The notes below the pieces were generated by a model. It saw only the letters and a program-made list of their open reading frames with translations, did not search any database and was not told where the DNA came from. Shown piece after piece: positions 1 to 12,948 of a DNA stretch of 37,534 bases. Numbering within the stretch: the first letter of the stretch is position 1; each line of letters opens with the position of its first letter. The position numbers and the translations under genes are program-made. This stretch comes from Octopus bimaculoides (lineage: Eukaryota): assembly GCF_001194135.2 (NCBI RefSeq), contig NC_068985.1:91458896-91496429 (forward strand), written 5' to 3'.

Positions 1-284
1 AGAGATAACTCGAATGTGGAATCTAAAAACAGAAACAATTCCTATCATAGTAGGTGCCTTAGGTATAATAAAAAAATATTCAGACAAATACATAACAAAA
101 ACACAAGGACTTACAAATATATATAACATACAGAAAATTGCACTACTGGGCACTGCACACATTCTACGCAAAACACTTTCAATACAGTAAACATAAGAGC
201 ACCACAGCAAACCACAGCACATACCCAAGGCGCACAATGCTGCGCTCGGTAGTGAAGTGAAAGCACGTTATAAAAATAAAACTA

Positions 285-287
<3 letters not shown>
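1..287 (+). mobile_element. 3' end of a non-LTR retrotransposon with a C-terminal restriction-like endonuclease (R4/Dong-like); 5' part lies outside the window
   Basis: Frame 2 is open from the window edge to TAA at 188-190. It is followed by a ~97-bp 3' UTR and then a pure (TAA)n array. The peptide resembles the C-terminus downstream of the PD-(D/E)xK motif in R4/Dong/CRE-type elements (W..K...IPI.VGALG......LQK.ALLGTA.ILRK.L). Confidence 0.8.
2..190 (+). CDS. C-terminal 62 aa of retrotransposon ORF (RLE-domain tail), 5'-partial
   Basis: Manual translation: EITRMWNLKTETIPIIVGALGIIKKYSDKYITKTQGLTNIYNIQKIALLGTAHILRKTLSIQ*. No internal stop or frameshift. Absent from the ORF track because the start lies outside the window. 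Confidence 0.8.
   Translation, partial: EITRMWNLKTETIPIIVGALGIIKKYSDKYITKTQGLTNIYNIQKIALLGTAHILRKTLSIQ

Positions 288-338
<51 letters not shown>
288..338 (+). repeat. (AAT/TAA)17 microsatellite; tail or target of the upstream retroelement
   Basis: Perfect trinucleotide run read directly. Confidence 0.97.
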
Positions 339-1706
339 TCAGATTAATAGACAAACTTGCATCTACCTAACTTATAGTAGTATGCTTGATACCGCTTCCA
401 ATAAGTTGTTCTTGCTACTGCTAAGCATACAGTGCCCTTTCGAGTACGCAGGTCCGTTCATTTCCATCTTCTCACTCAATCTGGATTTAGTCGGGATGAA
501 TTATTGTCTTCGTATAGCTCAGTGTTATGTACATACAGTATTATGTACATCCTTTTCTGGTAATTTTAATTGTCCATTTTCTTATTTGATGTATTTAAAA
601 ATCTTTAACATTGCAATGCAAATATGTTGTTCAAATATTGTGACCGATACTTCGTTGTATTCCTGGAAACTAAAAAAGTTTTCCTATATCTCGAACCATT
701 TTAATCCTTATAAATATGATGTCATTTGGTCTCTTAGATGTCTCATTAAATATTATTTTCGAAAGCACTACTATTATTAGCTACGCCTTGATTGGTGTAT
801 CTTTATTCGCTGCTATATGTGAAAGCACACCCTACTTGTATACATTTTATTTTGGGGGAAAAGCATCCGTTTCTGACATTTTCTGACTTTTAACAGCATT
901 TCATTTGCTTCAGTTGCCGATTCAACTTTAATTTTTTTTCAGTTATAAAAGTTCCATTTCATACTGTATGTTTTTAAATAATTCAAACTTATTACATATA
1001 TCTGTCTTTTGTCCATGTGCCTCGCCTCCATATTTTTTTTGTTACAATGAAGGAAGCTTGAAGAGCACTCAGTTGATTATTTTATCAAGCTTCAATACTA
1101 TACTTTCAATTTGTCCTGTTTTATTATTAAGGAAAGCGTAATTTAAATAGCGTAATATAAATACGCCATGTACTTTACAACATTCTATTCAACATCTCCT
1201 CCAATTTTAGTTGTTTCATTCATTGTACATAGTTCTTTGTAACAGAAAATAAGAGGAGATATGACAATTTTCTGCAGCATTCAGCGCTGAAATATATTTC
1301 AGAAAAGACAATAAGTTCTTACCTGAAAAATAATTCCCCAATGGATGCACCGAATAGTTTTACATAACTTTACAGCGAACATCGATAAAAATGTATAAAC
1401 TACGATGGTAATTTTCATTACTTAGAACTTGCATAATAAAACGTTGTTATAATTCAATCTGTTTCTGTATAAATTGAGTCTTGCTCAGCTATTAATAAAA
1501 TATATACTAATCAAATTAAATTAATATATTTGAATTATGATAAGTTCCTCAAAAAATTAGCATTGAATCTCATTCACCTGTTTATCAATAATATTACTAT
1601 TTTATATATTGAGTACAGAAATGCATGAAACTTCGTATATACCCCTGTGCATCACGTGAGATTTTGTGCTTACTTATATATGCATAAGGATATATATATA
1701 TAGGAA

Positions 1707-2047
1707 AATCGACCCCAGGATTTATTCTTTGTATGCCTAGTACTTATTCTATCGGTATCTTTCGCCGACCCGCTAAGTTACAGGGACGTAAATACACCAG
1801 CATCGGTTGTCAAGCGATGTTGGGGGGAAAAACACAGACAAACAAAACACACACATACACACATTTATATATATACATATACCTATATACGACGGGCTTC
1901 TTTCAGTTTCCGTCTACCCGATCCACTCCCAAGGCTTTGGTCGACCCGAGGCTATAGTAGAAGATACTTGCCCAAGGTGCCACGCAATGGGACTGAACCC
2001 TGAACTATATGGTTGGTAAGCAAGCTACGTACCACACCGCTACTCCT
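1707..2047 (-). mobile_element. tRNA-derived SINE, family A (CORE-like; possibly octopus OR-type), 3' tail missing
   Basis: Minus strand reads tRNA-like head with B-box GGGTTCAGTCC, CORE-like CACCTTGGGCAAG, ...GGAAACTGAAAGAAGCCCGTC, an internal (TA/TG) tract, then a 3' module ending at GGGGTCGATT. Homologous to five other copies in the window. Confidence 0.9.
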
Positions 2048-4447
2048 GTTAAACATAAGATAAATTGAAAATAAATCTTTATCAATAACAGTAATCTCGA
2101 GGACATCCGAAATGGAACCTCCCCACCGTATAATCATATCCAGTAATAGAGAGTTATAGCAGATATTTTGCTTGCTCTCCGCTGCTTACGAGTGAAACTA
2201 TAAAAGATTGTGGAACTTTATGAAGGTTATCCTATGTGATGATTGGACTTCACGTGTACGACAATCTTTACTCCATGGAAAATTTATATAACGAGACATC
2301 GAAAGACACAAGTGTCCATATTGTTGATATAAAATTAAAATATCAAAATTATCCACCTTATAATAGACAACAGAATTTACGGCAATGCCGAAATATAGCA
2401 ATATGGAGGGAATATTAAAATATGTTCCAATATTAATATTAACTCGAACATAAAAAGAATGAATTGTTAGAATCTATAAACATTGATATGAAGGATGGGA
2501 AAACACAAGAAAGGTTTAAAAGCAGAAAAAAAATTATGAAATTATCAAAAAAAATATCAACTCACTTTATGCTAAGGGCGACGGGTATAAGTGTGATTGA
2601 GGAATTTTGTTTATGGAGGAAAATGGTTGATCCTATATGATGTCAATGAAAAAATGGACACTGTTGATAAGTTCGGGCGTATATGAGTTTCAGCACTATG
2701 AGTTCGAGTTGTGTAGCATTAATATATCCTCACAGATTCTGTGTTAATTAAATAAAATTTCCAGAAAGTGAGTTTATATGAGGAATTCACGATTTCAAAG
2801 ATTGCTATTAAAAATTTAAGATTAGAGGTTTCAAATTAAAAGGATTTAAGGTGCATTGTGACAAGAAAACAATCAAGTTATTGATTTTTTTCTAAAAATC
2901 ATATTGTATCTGTCCGAAAATCATGAACCTCTCGTTCGGTTTGCTCACTAGATTCTTCCTGTTGTTTATGATTTTGAGTGTTTTCGGTGAGCACAAATTG
3001 CATACACGTCTGTTGCTCATACGGGGAAAGTTGATTCTGACCACAAACCAATGTGTCGTCAGGTAATTTCCGTGGCTTCAAACCAAGGATGTAGATTTGC
3101 TATTACATGCGTTCATGAATGTAACATTTTTGTCTAAATTGAGTTACTCTAGTTACTGAATAGTTTCTCTATTAGTATTAACTGTGCACTTGTAAATTAA
3201 GATCTACTTCGAGTACTGGCTAGTCAGTGGGCATTGAGAATAGATTCTACAATTACAGAGACTGGGAAGAGTTAATTAACACGGTTCCATTACTGTGCAC
3301 TGGAATTAACCTAGTTTCGCGATAGTGTTCCCCGTTCTCCGTTGAAGGCGACCTGGAATGGGCACTAATGCTTTAGTTAGAATACAAAAAAAAATGTTCA
3401 GTTGTTGGTTTATTGTGTCCAAATGATATTAGTGAATATTTCCTATCACTCGTGATGATTATCTTGGTCGTCAACTTCGGACTGTATTACGTTCAGTTAA
3501 CAGAATCTGTTAAATATCTTGTACCTATGAACAGGGCGTAAAAAAAAAGACTTCTTGACTGATACGAAAATATGTTCAAGAGTTGGTTGCTAACTTCATC
3601 CAAGAGGGGTTTGAACTGAAATAGAGGCAAAAGACAGGATTGCATTTTGAAAGACACTTGGTAGAGTTTTAGATGTATCATTTAAATCCCCTGCACCACT
3701 GGGTTTATTGACAGTTTATAATTTCGCAGGTATATTCCGTTAAGTCGAATGCCTTACTCTAAAACTCACTGTTTTGAGAATCTTGTGTGCAACGGTTATA
3801 TTATGTAGCCTACCACTATTTTATTCAATACGATAAGAGTTTCTCCACCCAAAGCTTCAGCGATCGTGTTTGCTGTTTATATCTGAATTTCATTTTCCTG
3901 CGAAATATTAGCTCATTATTGTCTAATCATTCGCACGGCTAAATTCATTCTGAATATATGGAGTATCAATTACTAGTTTCCTGGTTTACTCATTTCCTAA
4001 ATTACCTTATTGAATCCACATATTACATTTCATTTCCTTCTATAAGCAAATAGCAGTCGTTGCGTTGCTCTTCCTCAATTACATGATTCCGCAGTCAAAG
4101 CTAACAACAAACAAAGGCTACCTACAACGTCATTGCACTATACTTATTTTTGCTTGACTCATTTTAACTACTCAAATGGTAGCATTAATTATTCTCTACA
4201 ATTTCAATGCAGCGGTTTTAATCAATTTACTAACTATCTAACAATTAGACTAATTGCTTACTTAATACTTAATCAGGCTAAAGCAAAGTTTCATTTTATT
4301 GTAACTTTAGATGTTTGATCCACTCGCGCCAGCGAGTTGTGTATTATTTTTCGTGTTCGCTCGACTGTGATCAACTGACCATATATATATCTTATAGCTG
4401 ACATCATGACAGTAGTTTATATCGCCATGCTCCCTCAGCAAGTGCTT

Positions 4448-4568
4448 CACACACACACACACGCACACACACACACACACCACACACACACAAACACACA
4501 CAAACACACACACAAACACACATACACACACACATACACACACACACATATACATACCACATATCATC

Positions 4569-4610
<42 letters not shown>
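4448..4610 (+). repeat. Compound (CA)n + (CAT)n microsatellite
   Basis: Read directly. Explains the poly-H/M/D ORFs at 4307-4657. Confidence 0.97.
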
Positions 4611-4611
<1 letters not shown>

Positions 4612-4752
4612 ATACATGACAATTGGGAATAAAACTTGAAACAGAAACGTGTAGCAATACTGTATCAATTCTCGTTTATTGAGGTAAATTCTTCCCGAAA
4701 AGTTATCTAAATTTCAACGACACTTGCAATCACCCTACGTTTCCTCTGTCTT

Positions 4753-4756
<4 letters not shown>

Positions 4757-4815
<59 letters not shown>

Positions 4816-4885
4816 NNNNNNNNNNNNNNNNNNNNNNNNNNNNNNNNNNNNNNNNNNNNNNNNNNNNNNNNNNNNNNNNNNNNNN

Positions 4886-4970
<85 letters not shown>
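4757..4970 (+). repeat. (CT)n - gap - (TA)n - (GATA)n compound microsatellite (N-run 4816-4885)
   Basis: Read directly. Confidence 0.97.
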
Positions 4971-4971
<1 letters not shown>

Positions 4972-6290
4972 GCACGCACACAAGCGGTATGCTTTGAACA
5001 ATTCTTTGATCAAACTCCTACTGCAGCTCCAAGTGCATCTCCCTGTGACTCAGATATTCTCTGCGTTCACTTTTGTGAATTTACAATTGTATTTGTATTC
5101 TGCATCATTTTTATATTGTTGTTGTGTTCCGTTCCTTGTTTGTAGTCTTGTTTTTACTGGTGGTTTTTTTCTCTTGGTAAATTCATGTGCAATTTGATCT
5201 CCTTTGCTTTGTTGAGCGTCGTTTATGGTTTGTATTATACGTGTGGTTTTATTCTCTAGTAATGGCTAGCAGCAGCATAAAATGGGCTTTATATGATTTG
5301 GTGTTATAATAAAGCTATTGGTTATTTAATGACATATGCTGAGTTATTTTATTTGATGTCGATTGCGAAATGGTAGAACTGTTTTATATTGTTTGATAGT
5401 GAGGTTTCCAGAGCATGAATTGTATGAAATCTGTTATTTTATTGTTTAGCTAATTTGTACTGAAAGAGTTTCATGAATCTATATTGTGTCAAATAGAATG
5501 CACTGTAGTAAATTATTCGGCTTTATGAGTTAGGAGTCCAAATGTTTCTGAGGTCACATTTTTCTCTCACCCGCAGTGGGTCGAGAGAACAAATTGCCGT
5601 GTTGTCCATGTACAGCCGCACAATCTCACTTCCCTTCCATATTTAGCTATCATATCAACATAGGCCAAATTCAATATGCATGAAGGTGTCTCTGCTTCTT
5701 AGGTTACGGCTGCTTAAAATGCATAACTATGGATTTTTAACCCTTTATATGAGTAAACAAATTCCATCTCAAAATATAATAGCTCTAAAAATATATATTT
5801 TAGACAAAACAACAGAAAGTAATATACACAAAAATATAAACGGATTGTAAAACTACCGCAGAGAAATATAGAAACAGACCGTCACGTGGTGAATGTACTT
5901 GAAGCATATTAACAGAAACACAATCTCTGGTTGTAGCTACTTGAAAACTATATCGTCACAGACAACTACAAATAATGAATTGCGAAGTGTTAATAATACC
6001 ATACGTAGATTGTACAAGCATCACATGAAAACATTTAACGAAATTATCACAAGATGCCAATACATCCCTAGGCAGATATGATTGAACTGATAGCTGTGTC
6101 TATTTAGTAATATTTGAAAAATCTTATGTGAAAGCAGATATGATTATATATGTATCAAAAATGGCGTTTGAAAACATTTCCTAAATCATGCATGACTGAA
6201 AAATGACAACTATACCAAAAGTAAAATTTTCAGTCATAATAAACTAACACTGGAAGAAAAGTTCTTATGCTACCAGGAAAATCGAGGAAA

Positions 6291-6294
<4 letters not shown>

Positions 6295-6331
<37 letters not shown>
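6295..6331 (+). repeat. (TA)n microsatellite
   Basis: Read directly. Confidence 0.97.
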
Positions 6332-6335
<4 letters not shown>

Positions 6336-6556
6336 TTGTTTAAAAGAGTTCCAACACTGTCTGTTTTTTATGTTTTATTTATATTCCTGCAAAACCAATG
6401 TGGGATATAGAATATGGAATATGCAATATATAATATAATATACAATATATAATATAAAATAAAAATGGATGGTACTATGAAATAAAGTATTGAATGTCTT
6501 ATTGAATATATGGAATGTGTCTTATTGAATAGAGGAAATATTGAGTGTTCAATATA

Positions 6557-7124
6557 NNNNNNNNNNNNNNNNNNNNNNNNNNNNNNNNNNNNNNNNNNNN
6601 NNNNNNNNNNNNNNNNNNNNNNNNNNNNNNNNNNNNNNNNNNNNNNNNNNNNNNNNNNNNNNNNNNNNNNNNNNNNNNNNNNNNNNNNNNNNNNNNNNNN
6701 NNNNNNNNNNNNNNNNNNNNNNNNNNNNNNNNNNNNNNNNNNNNNNNNNNNNNNNNNNNNNNNNNNNNNNNNNNNNNNNNNNNNNNNNNNNNNNNNNNNN
6801 NNNNNNNNNNNNNNNNNNNNNNNNNNNNNNNNNNNNNNNNNNNNNNNNNNNNNNNNNNNNNNNNNNNNNNNNNNNNNNNNNNNNNNNNNNNNNNNNNNNN
6901 NNNNNNNNNNNNNNNNNNNNNNNNNNNNNNNNNNNNNNNNNNNNNNNNNNNNNNNNNNNNNNNNNNNNNNNNNNNNNNNNNNNNNNNNNNNNNNNNNNNN
7001 NNNNNNNNNNNNNNNNNNNNNNNNNNNNNNNNNNNNNNNNNNNNNNNNNNNNNNNNNNNNNNNNNNNNNNNNNNNNNNNNNNNNNNNNNNNNNNNNNNNN
7101 NNNNNNNNNNNNNNNNNNNNNNNN
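6557..7124. other. Assembly gap (N-run), followed by (TG)n(TA)n to ~7198
   Basis: Run of N. ORFs spanning it are artefacts. Confidence 0.99.
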
Positions 7125-7190
<66 letters not shown>

Positions 7191-9197
7191 CATACACATA
7201 CATGGAGTAATATTTAAGAAACGTTATTTTTTCAATTATAGATCAGGAATATTGAAAATCCAAAGTGCTGGACATGGATGAAAATAGGAAACGTGTAATT
7301 TTAATAGCAGGAATTGTCGTATATAAACAAGAATCTACAAAATATATAGTTCGACACACTCTGTGCAAGAGATTCAGAAGTCATCTAGAGGTTGAAGTCA
7401 ATGGTGATTTAATTGAATATATTTATTCTTTAGTAATTTAAGATATTTTTTAATGTAATTTTGATAACTATATGAGTTTAAATGAAATGTGAGTGTTCAT
7501 TTGCGTAATTTAGTCGACTATTTATTCACCGCACTCTTGTATGTTCAAAAGTAAATTTATATAATCATTTACAAAAGAGTCATTCTGAATATTGGTAAAA
7601 TGTGATCTAAACTTTGTTGTTCTAATAATCTCAGGTTAAAACAAAGTTATGACTTAATCTACAATCTCCTATTGGTACATCGGTATCTTTTTTTTTCATA
7701 TTCATGTATAATAAAACAAGAACGAAAATGGTTTGATACATGGATTTTAGGGAGAATATCTGTATAATTGTATCAAACTATGCCACTGGCCACTGTTGTC
7801 AATGATTTTAAGAAGACTTAATCACGTTGATAGAGAAGAGAAAATGAATTGAAATTAAATTAAACTGATATTTCATCATATCAGGCCTGCCTTTTAACGA
7901 GATTGTTTGATTTAGTTTTTCTTTGTGTTCACTGACACTCCGCAAGATTAGATTTGATGTCAAAAAACGGCCGTAATATTTCGAATAACTTGCGAAGAAA
8001 TGCCATGCGAGATTATTAGTTGATTACAACTATGTTATTAATCGAGATATAGCTAACAGCGTATCATCACGTATGTGATGATAAACAATCGTTCCAAATA
8101 TTTTTGCATGTCTCTCACTTATTATAGAAATAGCGTTGGAGTGAGTAGAGGGCCCTGTTTTACTCCCTGGGCCACTTGAAATTCAAACTAGCCAAAATGA
8201 AGTTACATCTACGTGAATCTGCGAGAATGTCTCCACAAATTCCTCCGTGAATATAAACGTATTATGCATGAACCGTTACTACTAACATTTTCCACAATAG
8301 AATGCCTGTGTAAAACAATAACATACAAAGGAAAACGTGCTGCACTGCTGAATAGGTTATTTCTGCTATATAGACAATTGACACAAAAGATGTATCGAAA
8401 CGATGGTGCTCCTAGACAGACAAAACACATACTAACTTACACACATTCATATACATTCGCATACATACATACATGCATACACATATGCGCTCATACATAC
8501 ATAAGTAAAAGCATGGTTACTCATATCCGTATAAATGTATACATATATGCATATGTGAGTATGCATGATGTATTGTATACTAAATTAGGCGTGCATAGAT
8601 TAAATAAAACTTGAATCAAGTGAACTGTTACATGTATGCTTCAGTATCTTACCTCTGTATATACACATTTGGACGGTTGTGTAAGTTTCTTTGTTGCATA
8701 CTCAATATATGCATATAACTAGACTTAACTTTTTATGGTAATTTTACATGGTTGGCTATGTAGATAATACTTCGTAGTTTCAAATAATTAATCACCTCTA
8801 GCAAAAATATTAACGGTTAGTGCATCTCCATTTACGTTTATTTAAATCCATTACAGGGGGAAACGTAGAAGAGGCTGAAGTAAACAGTCAGAAAAGTGAT
8901 ACGTATCAGTTTCTTTGGCACTTGACTGTAAGTGCCCATACTATTGTAAATACGCCCAGAGAACTGCTTGATATTAATCAGAAAGTCGGAACAGAAACAA
9001 ATATTCATTTCATACTAACAAAACGGTATTCGTCTAACTTTGAATCGATATAGACCAGCTGCAATTGATATCATATTAACATACAATGTAACCAGAAGAC
9101 TAGCCATACTATAAATTTGACTTCCGAAGATCGAAAAAGGAAATACAATTTGACCTATGTTCATGAATAATATATGTATATATATATATATATATAT

Positions 9198-9826
9198 NNN
9201 NNNNNNNNNNNNNNNNNNNNNNNNNNNNNNNNNNNNNNNNNNNNNNNNNNNNNNNNNNNNNNNNNNNNNNNNNNNNNNNNNNNNNNNNNNNNNNNNNNNN
9301 NNNNNNNNNNNNNNNNNNNNNNNNNNNNNNNNNNNNNNNNNNNNNNNNNNNNNNNNNNNNNNNNNNNNNNNNNNNNNNNNNNNNNNNNNNNNNNNNNNNN
9401 NNNNNNNNNNNNNNNNNNNNNNNNNNNNNNNNNNNNNNNNNNNNNNNNNNNNNNNNNNNNNNNNNNNNNNNNNNNNNNNNNNNNNNNNNNNNNNNNNNNN
9501 NNNNNNNNNNNNNNNNNNNNNNNNNNNNNNNNNNNNNNNNNNNNNNNNNNNNNNNNNNNNNNNNNNNNNNNNNNNNNNNNNNNNNNNNNNNNNNNNNNNN
9601 NNNNNNNNNNNNNNNNNNNNNNNNNNNNNNNNNNNNNNNNNNNNNNNNNNNNNNNNNNNNNNNNNNNNNNNNNNNNNNNNNNNNNNNNNNNNNNNNNNNN
9701 NNNNNNNNNNNNNNNNNNNNNNNNNNNNNNNNNNNNNNNNNNNNNNNNNNNNNNNNNNNNNNNNNNNNNNNNNNNNNNNNNNNNNNNNNNNNNNNNNNNN
9801 NNNNNNNNNNNNNNNNNNNNNNNNNN
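9198..9826. other. Assembly gap (N-run), preceded by (TA)n
   Basis: Run of N. Confidence 0.99.
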
Positions 9827-9960
9827 ACGTACATACATGCACACACATATCTATGAATATCTAGTTGTGTGTATATATCTGTGTATACATTTGTAGAAAG
9901 TAATAAAATCGTTATAGGGCGGAAAGTTTCCAGCATCAAACAGAAGCAAGCCTATATATA

Positions 9961-10024
9961 TATCTATCTATCTGTCTATCTATCTATCTATCTACCTATC
10001 TATCTATCTATCTATCTATCTATC
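9961..10024 (+). repeat. (CTAT)n tetranucleotide microsatellite abutting the 3' end of a family A SINE
   Basis: Read directly. Confidence 0.96.
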
Positions 10025-10029
10025 AACGC

Positions 10030-10420
10030 TTTTCATTTCTTTTAGTTTTGTCAATCGTTACGTCGCAGCCATGCTGGAGCACCGACTGAAAGAATTCTTT
10101 TGTCGAATTTATCGGCCTAAGTACTTATGTTTTTTAGAACCAGGTACTTATAATATCGGTTTCTTTTGCTGAACTGCTAAGTCAAGGTTACATAAATGCA
10201 CAAGCATCTGTTATCAAGCGGTGGTAGTGGAACAAACAAAAGCACAAAGATGCATACACACACGCATGATGGCCTTCTTACAGTTTCCATCTACCAAATC
10301 CGCTCTCAAGGATTCGACCAGCCTGGGGTTACATTAGAAGACACTTGCTCAAGCTGCCGCAAAGTGGAAATGAACTCAGAAACATGTTGCTGGAAAACAA
10401 CCTTCTTACCACGCTGTCAC
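10030..10420 (-). mobile_element. tRNA-derived SINE, family A, near full length, diverged
   Basis: Collinear with 1707-2047 (CAGTTTCCATCTACCAAATCC, AGAAGACACTTGCTCAAG, CTTCTTACCAC) and carries the tail seen at 16135-16180 (CCATGCTGGAGCACCG). Confidence 0.88.
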
Positions 10421-11579
10421 AAATGTATATATAGATTTACTGCCCCGTGTCCATTTATACATAAGCTTGAGCCTGTTTTTTTTATAAATAATGTATAAGA
10501 TTAATATATATTTGCAGCGACAGTTTGTGCATATATAAAAAATTCACATGAAACAGTATGTCTTAATAGAAAACATCCTCATATAATCTGTACCCGATAT
10601 ATTGTGAGTAAGGGAGTCAATCACTAGCTCCAGCTTGGCAAAGCAAGTAGATCATTGTTTCTGGCTCTTTACCCTTCATCAGCAATGTACACCTGCCTTC
10701 TAGTGATCGTCTTGGCAAGCTGGAAGAGGATGTGTGGTTAACCAGCTGAAAAAGACGTTATTTCTGGGGTTAAAATGTAGTAACATAGTTCTTTATAGAA
10801 CAGATATGTTATAGTGGGAAAAAAGAAAACGTTACCGTCTCGTTACAAATTCTGTTTTACTTCTTGCTCAAAACTTGTAATACTGTACTTTCGTATGTTA
10901 CTATAACTGTTGACATGGGAATGTTTACTTGAGGCCGGGTAACTTCTTAAAAATTTCACTTAGACATAGCTTAACGGGAAACATTTGCTTTTTCCTACGA
11001 AGTCAGCTTCGTAAAGCTGATTCTTTTCATACAGGAAAAAAGTTTACTGGTTAAAAAATTTGCCAGCATCAATATACAATATACAGTCAGAATACATCGG
11101 AGCATTGACGATACGCCTTCTCTGTCATCTTCCCTTGGGGTGTATTGCCAGCTTCTCAATGTGGAAACAAGCCTTTACGAGAAAAACCTGAATGGAGATA
11201 GGATTTCACAACGTTGCAATTTAAAGGATGAATGACTATGCGTAATAATTAGTGTAGTTTATAGGAGGGAATCCATGATAATGTCAACGGTAGAGGATTT
11301 AAAATATGAGCCTTAAGGTTTTAATCGTTGTTGTATATATTTCGCTAGCTCGATGAAGCAGAAATTTTTATAGAATAAGCAGATGAAAAGAAAGAAGCCG
11401 TAATGACGACGAGGTAGTGTTTGAATCATGTTGATAAGTAGAACATTGCCAATACGCCGACCATTTACATTTAAAAGTGAACTAGCAAGCATGTATGTTT
11501 GGCAGAACCACAGTGCTTTGCATGTGAAGTGCAATTCAATGCAAATGTGTAAATGGCTATTAAAAGATGAGGGATGAAA

Positions 11580-11580
<1 letters not shown>

Positions 11581-11617
<37 letters not shown>

Positions 11618-11757
11618 TACGTACATATATGCGTATGCATATACACATAGGCGCAGTATGTTTTGACGCATACAAGCATCTATATGTATGTATGCATGTA
11701 TGTATGTATGCATGCATGTATGTATGTATGTATGTATGAATAGATGGATGTATATGC

Positions 11758-11815
<58 letters not shown>

Positions 11816-11990
11816 CTGTGTGTATGTTGTCTATATTGCGTATCTTGCCTTTCTCTCGCAAAAGGGCAGACGCACAATAGCTACATACATATATACGTAA
11901 ATATATGTATGTTGTGTGTGTGTAAGTATATATATATATGCATATATATATACACACAAATATGTGCGTGTGCGTATGTATGTGTATGTT
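11581..11990 (+). repeat. Long compound (TG)/(TATG)/(TA) low-complexity tract
   Basis: Read directly. Explains the 214-aa H/T/Y/I-rich ORF at 11313-11957. Confidence 0.95.
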
Positions 11991-12859
11991 TATGAAATTT
12001 GGTAGTGTCAGTTATTCTGTTTTTCATCTCTTTCTTACTTTCTTTCTCACTCTCCCGTATTGAATAAGGCAAAGGAGATTCAAAGAACATGAAATGCAAA
12101 TTTAATGAGAGGAATAGTGGAAAGTGGATAGCACTATTTGAAGGGAGGCTATGAAAATTATAATGCCACGTGACATTTTTAAGCTCCTTTTTAATGTTCT
12201 CCCTCACTCGCTCCCTTTCTGTGGTTGCAGAAAATTACGTTGAAGAGAATAGAGTGGGAACCACTTATGAATCGGTTTGGCATATAAAAGGATCAGCACG
12301 AATCTGTTGGTGAAATAAAAGGTTTTATTCTGCATCACAGTAAGGTTCAGTAAAGTGAACAGGAAGCTTTCGCCAAGATGTGTGTGTGTGTGTGTGTCTG
12401 TTTGTGTGTGTGAAATTACCCGTCCATCTTCATACATGTATTGATATATTTAAAGTTACAGTTTTACAAATAGACGGGGAAAAAATGCACATCTATGCAC
12501 TCACGTCTTTGCAGGCAATTGTGATCATCTAAGAAACCTCATGCTGTATTAACACTGGTGCATACGACTCTAGAGATGCATCTCTATTACACTGACGTTC
12601 ATTCAGTGACCGTTTATATTTCTGCTCAAACATTCCGAAATGAATACCAGGTTCTATTAAATAATATTTTCATTGTAAATGTAATGATTACACGTAGATA
12701 TCTCTTTAGAATTGGTGACAGTATTACACGGATATGATCTGATAAATTCTCCTTCGTTTATACAGTTACGTATAAAATTCTTTATATAAATATGAATGGC
12801 ATTACGTTAATGGAATTGTCGGCTGTTGAAGGTCACCGTTTCTAATGTGTACATTATTA

Positions 12860-12948
12860 CACAGATACGCACAGGCATGCACACAAACTCACGCACACAT
12901 ACGCACAGATATACACAGATACACACACACACACACACACACACACAT
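12860..12948 (+). repeat. (CA)n-rich microsatellite
   Basis: Read directly. Confidence 0.93.

Noticed and set aside
382-780. 132-aa plus-strand ORF
   Set aside because: No recognisable motif, composition typical of AT-rich non-coding or antisense sequence, and no supporting splice context.
2880-3720. Possible piggyBac-like or RT-like fragments on the minus strand (RRVCNLCS; NKPSGAGDLND; FKPLLDEVSNQLL after a good acceptor)
   Set aside because: Matches are only a few residues, are not collinear with one family, and are interrupted by stops.
10650-10690. Minus-strand CTGATGA...GAAA hammerhead-like core
   Set aside because: Stem II does not close properly (A opposite A) and no stem III/UH or stem I can be formed. 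At most a decayed PLE relic.
12571-12586. Perfect 16-bp palindrome TAGAGATGCATCTCTA (also hairpins at 8062-8083 and 17308-17330)
   Set aside because: About one palindrome of this size is expected by chance in ~33 kb of AT-rich DNA, and there is no functional context.
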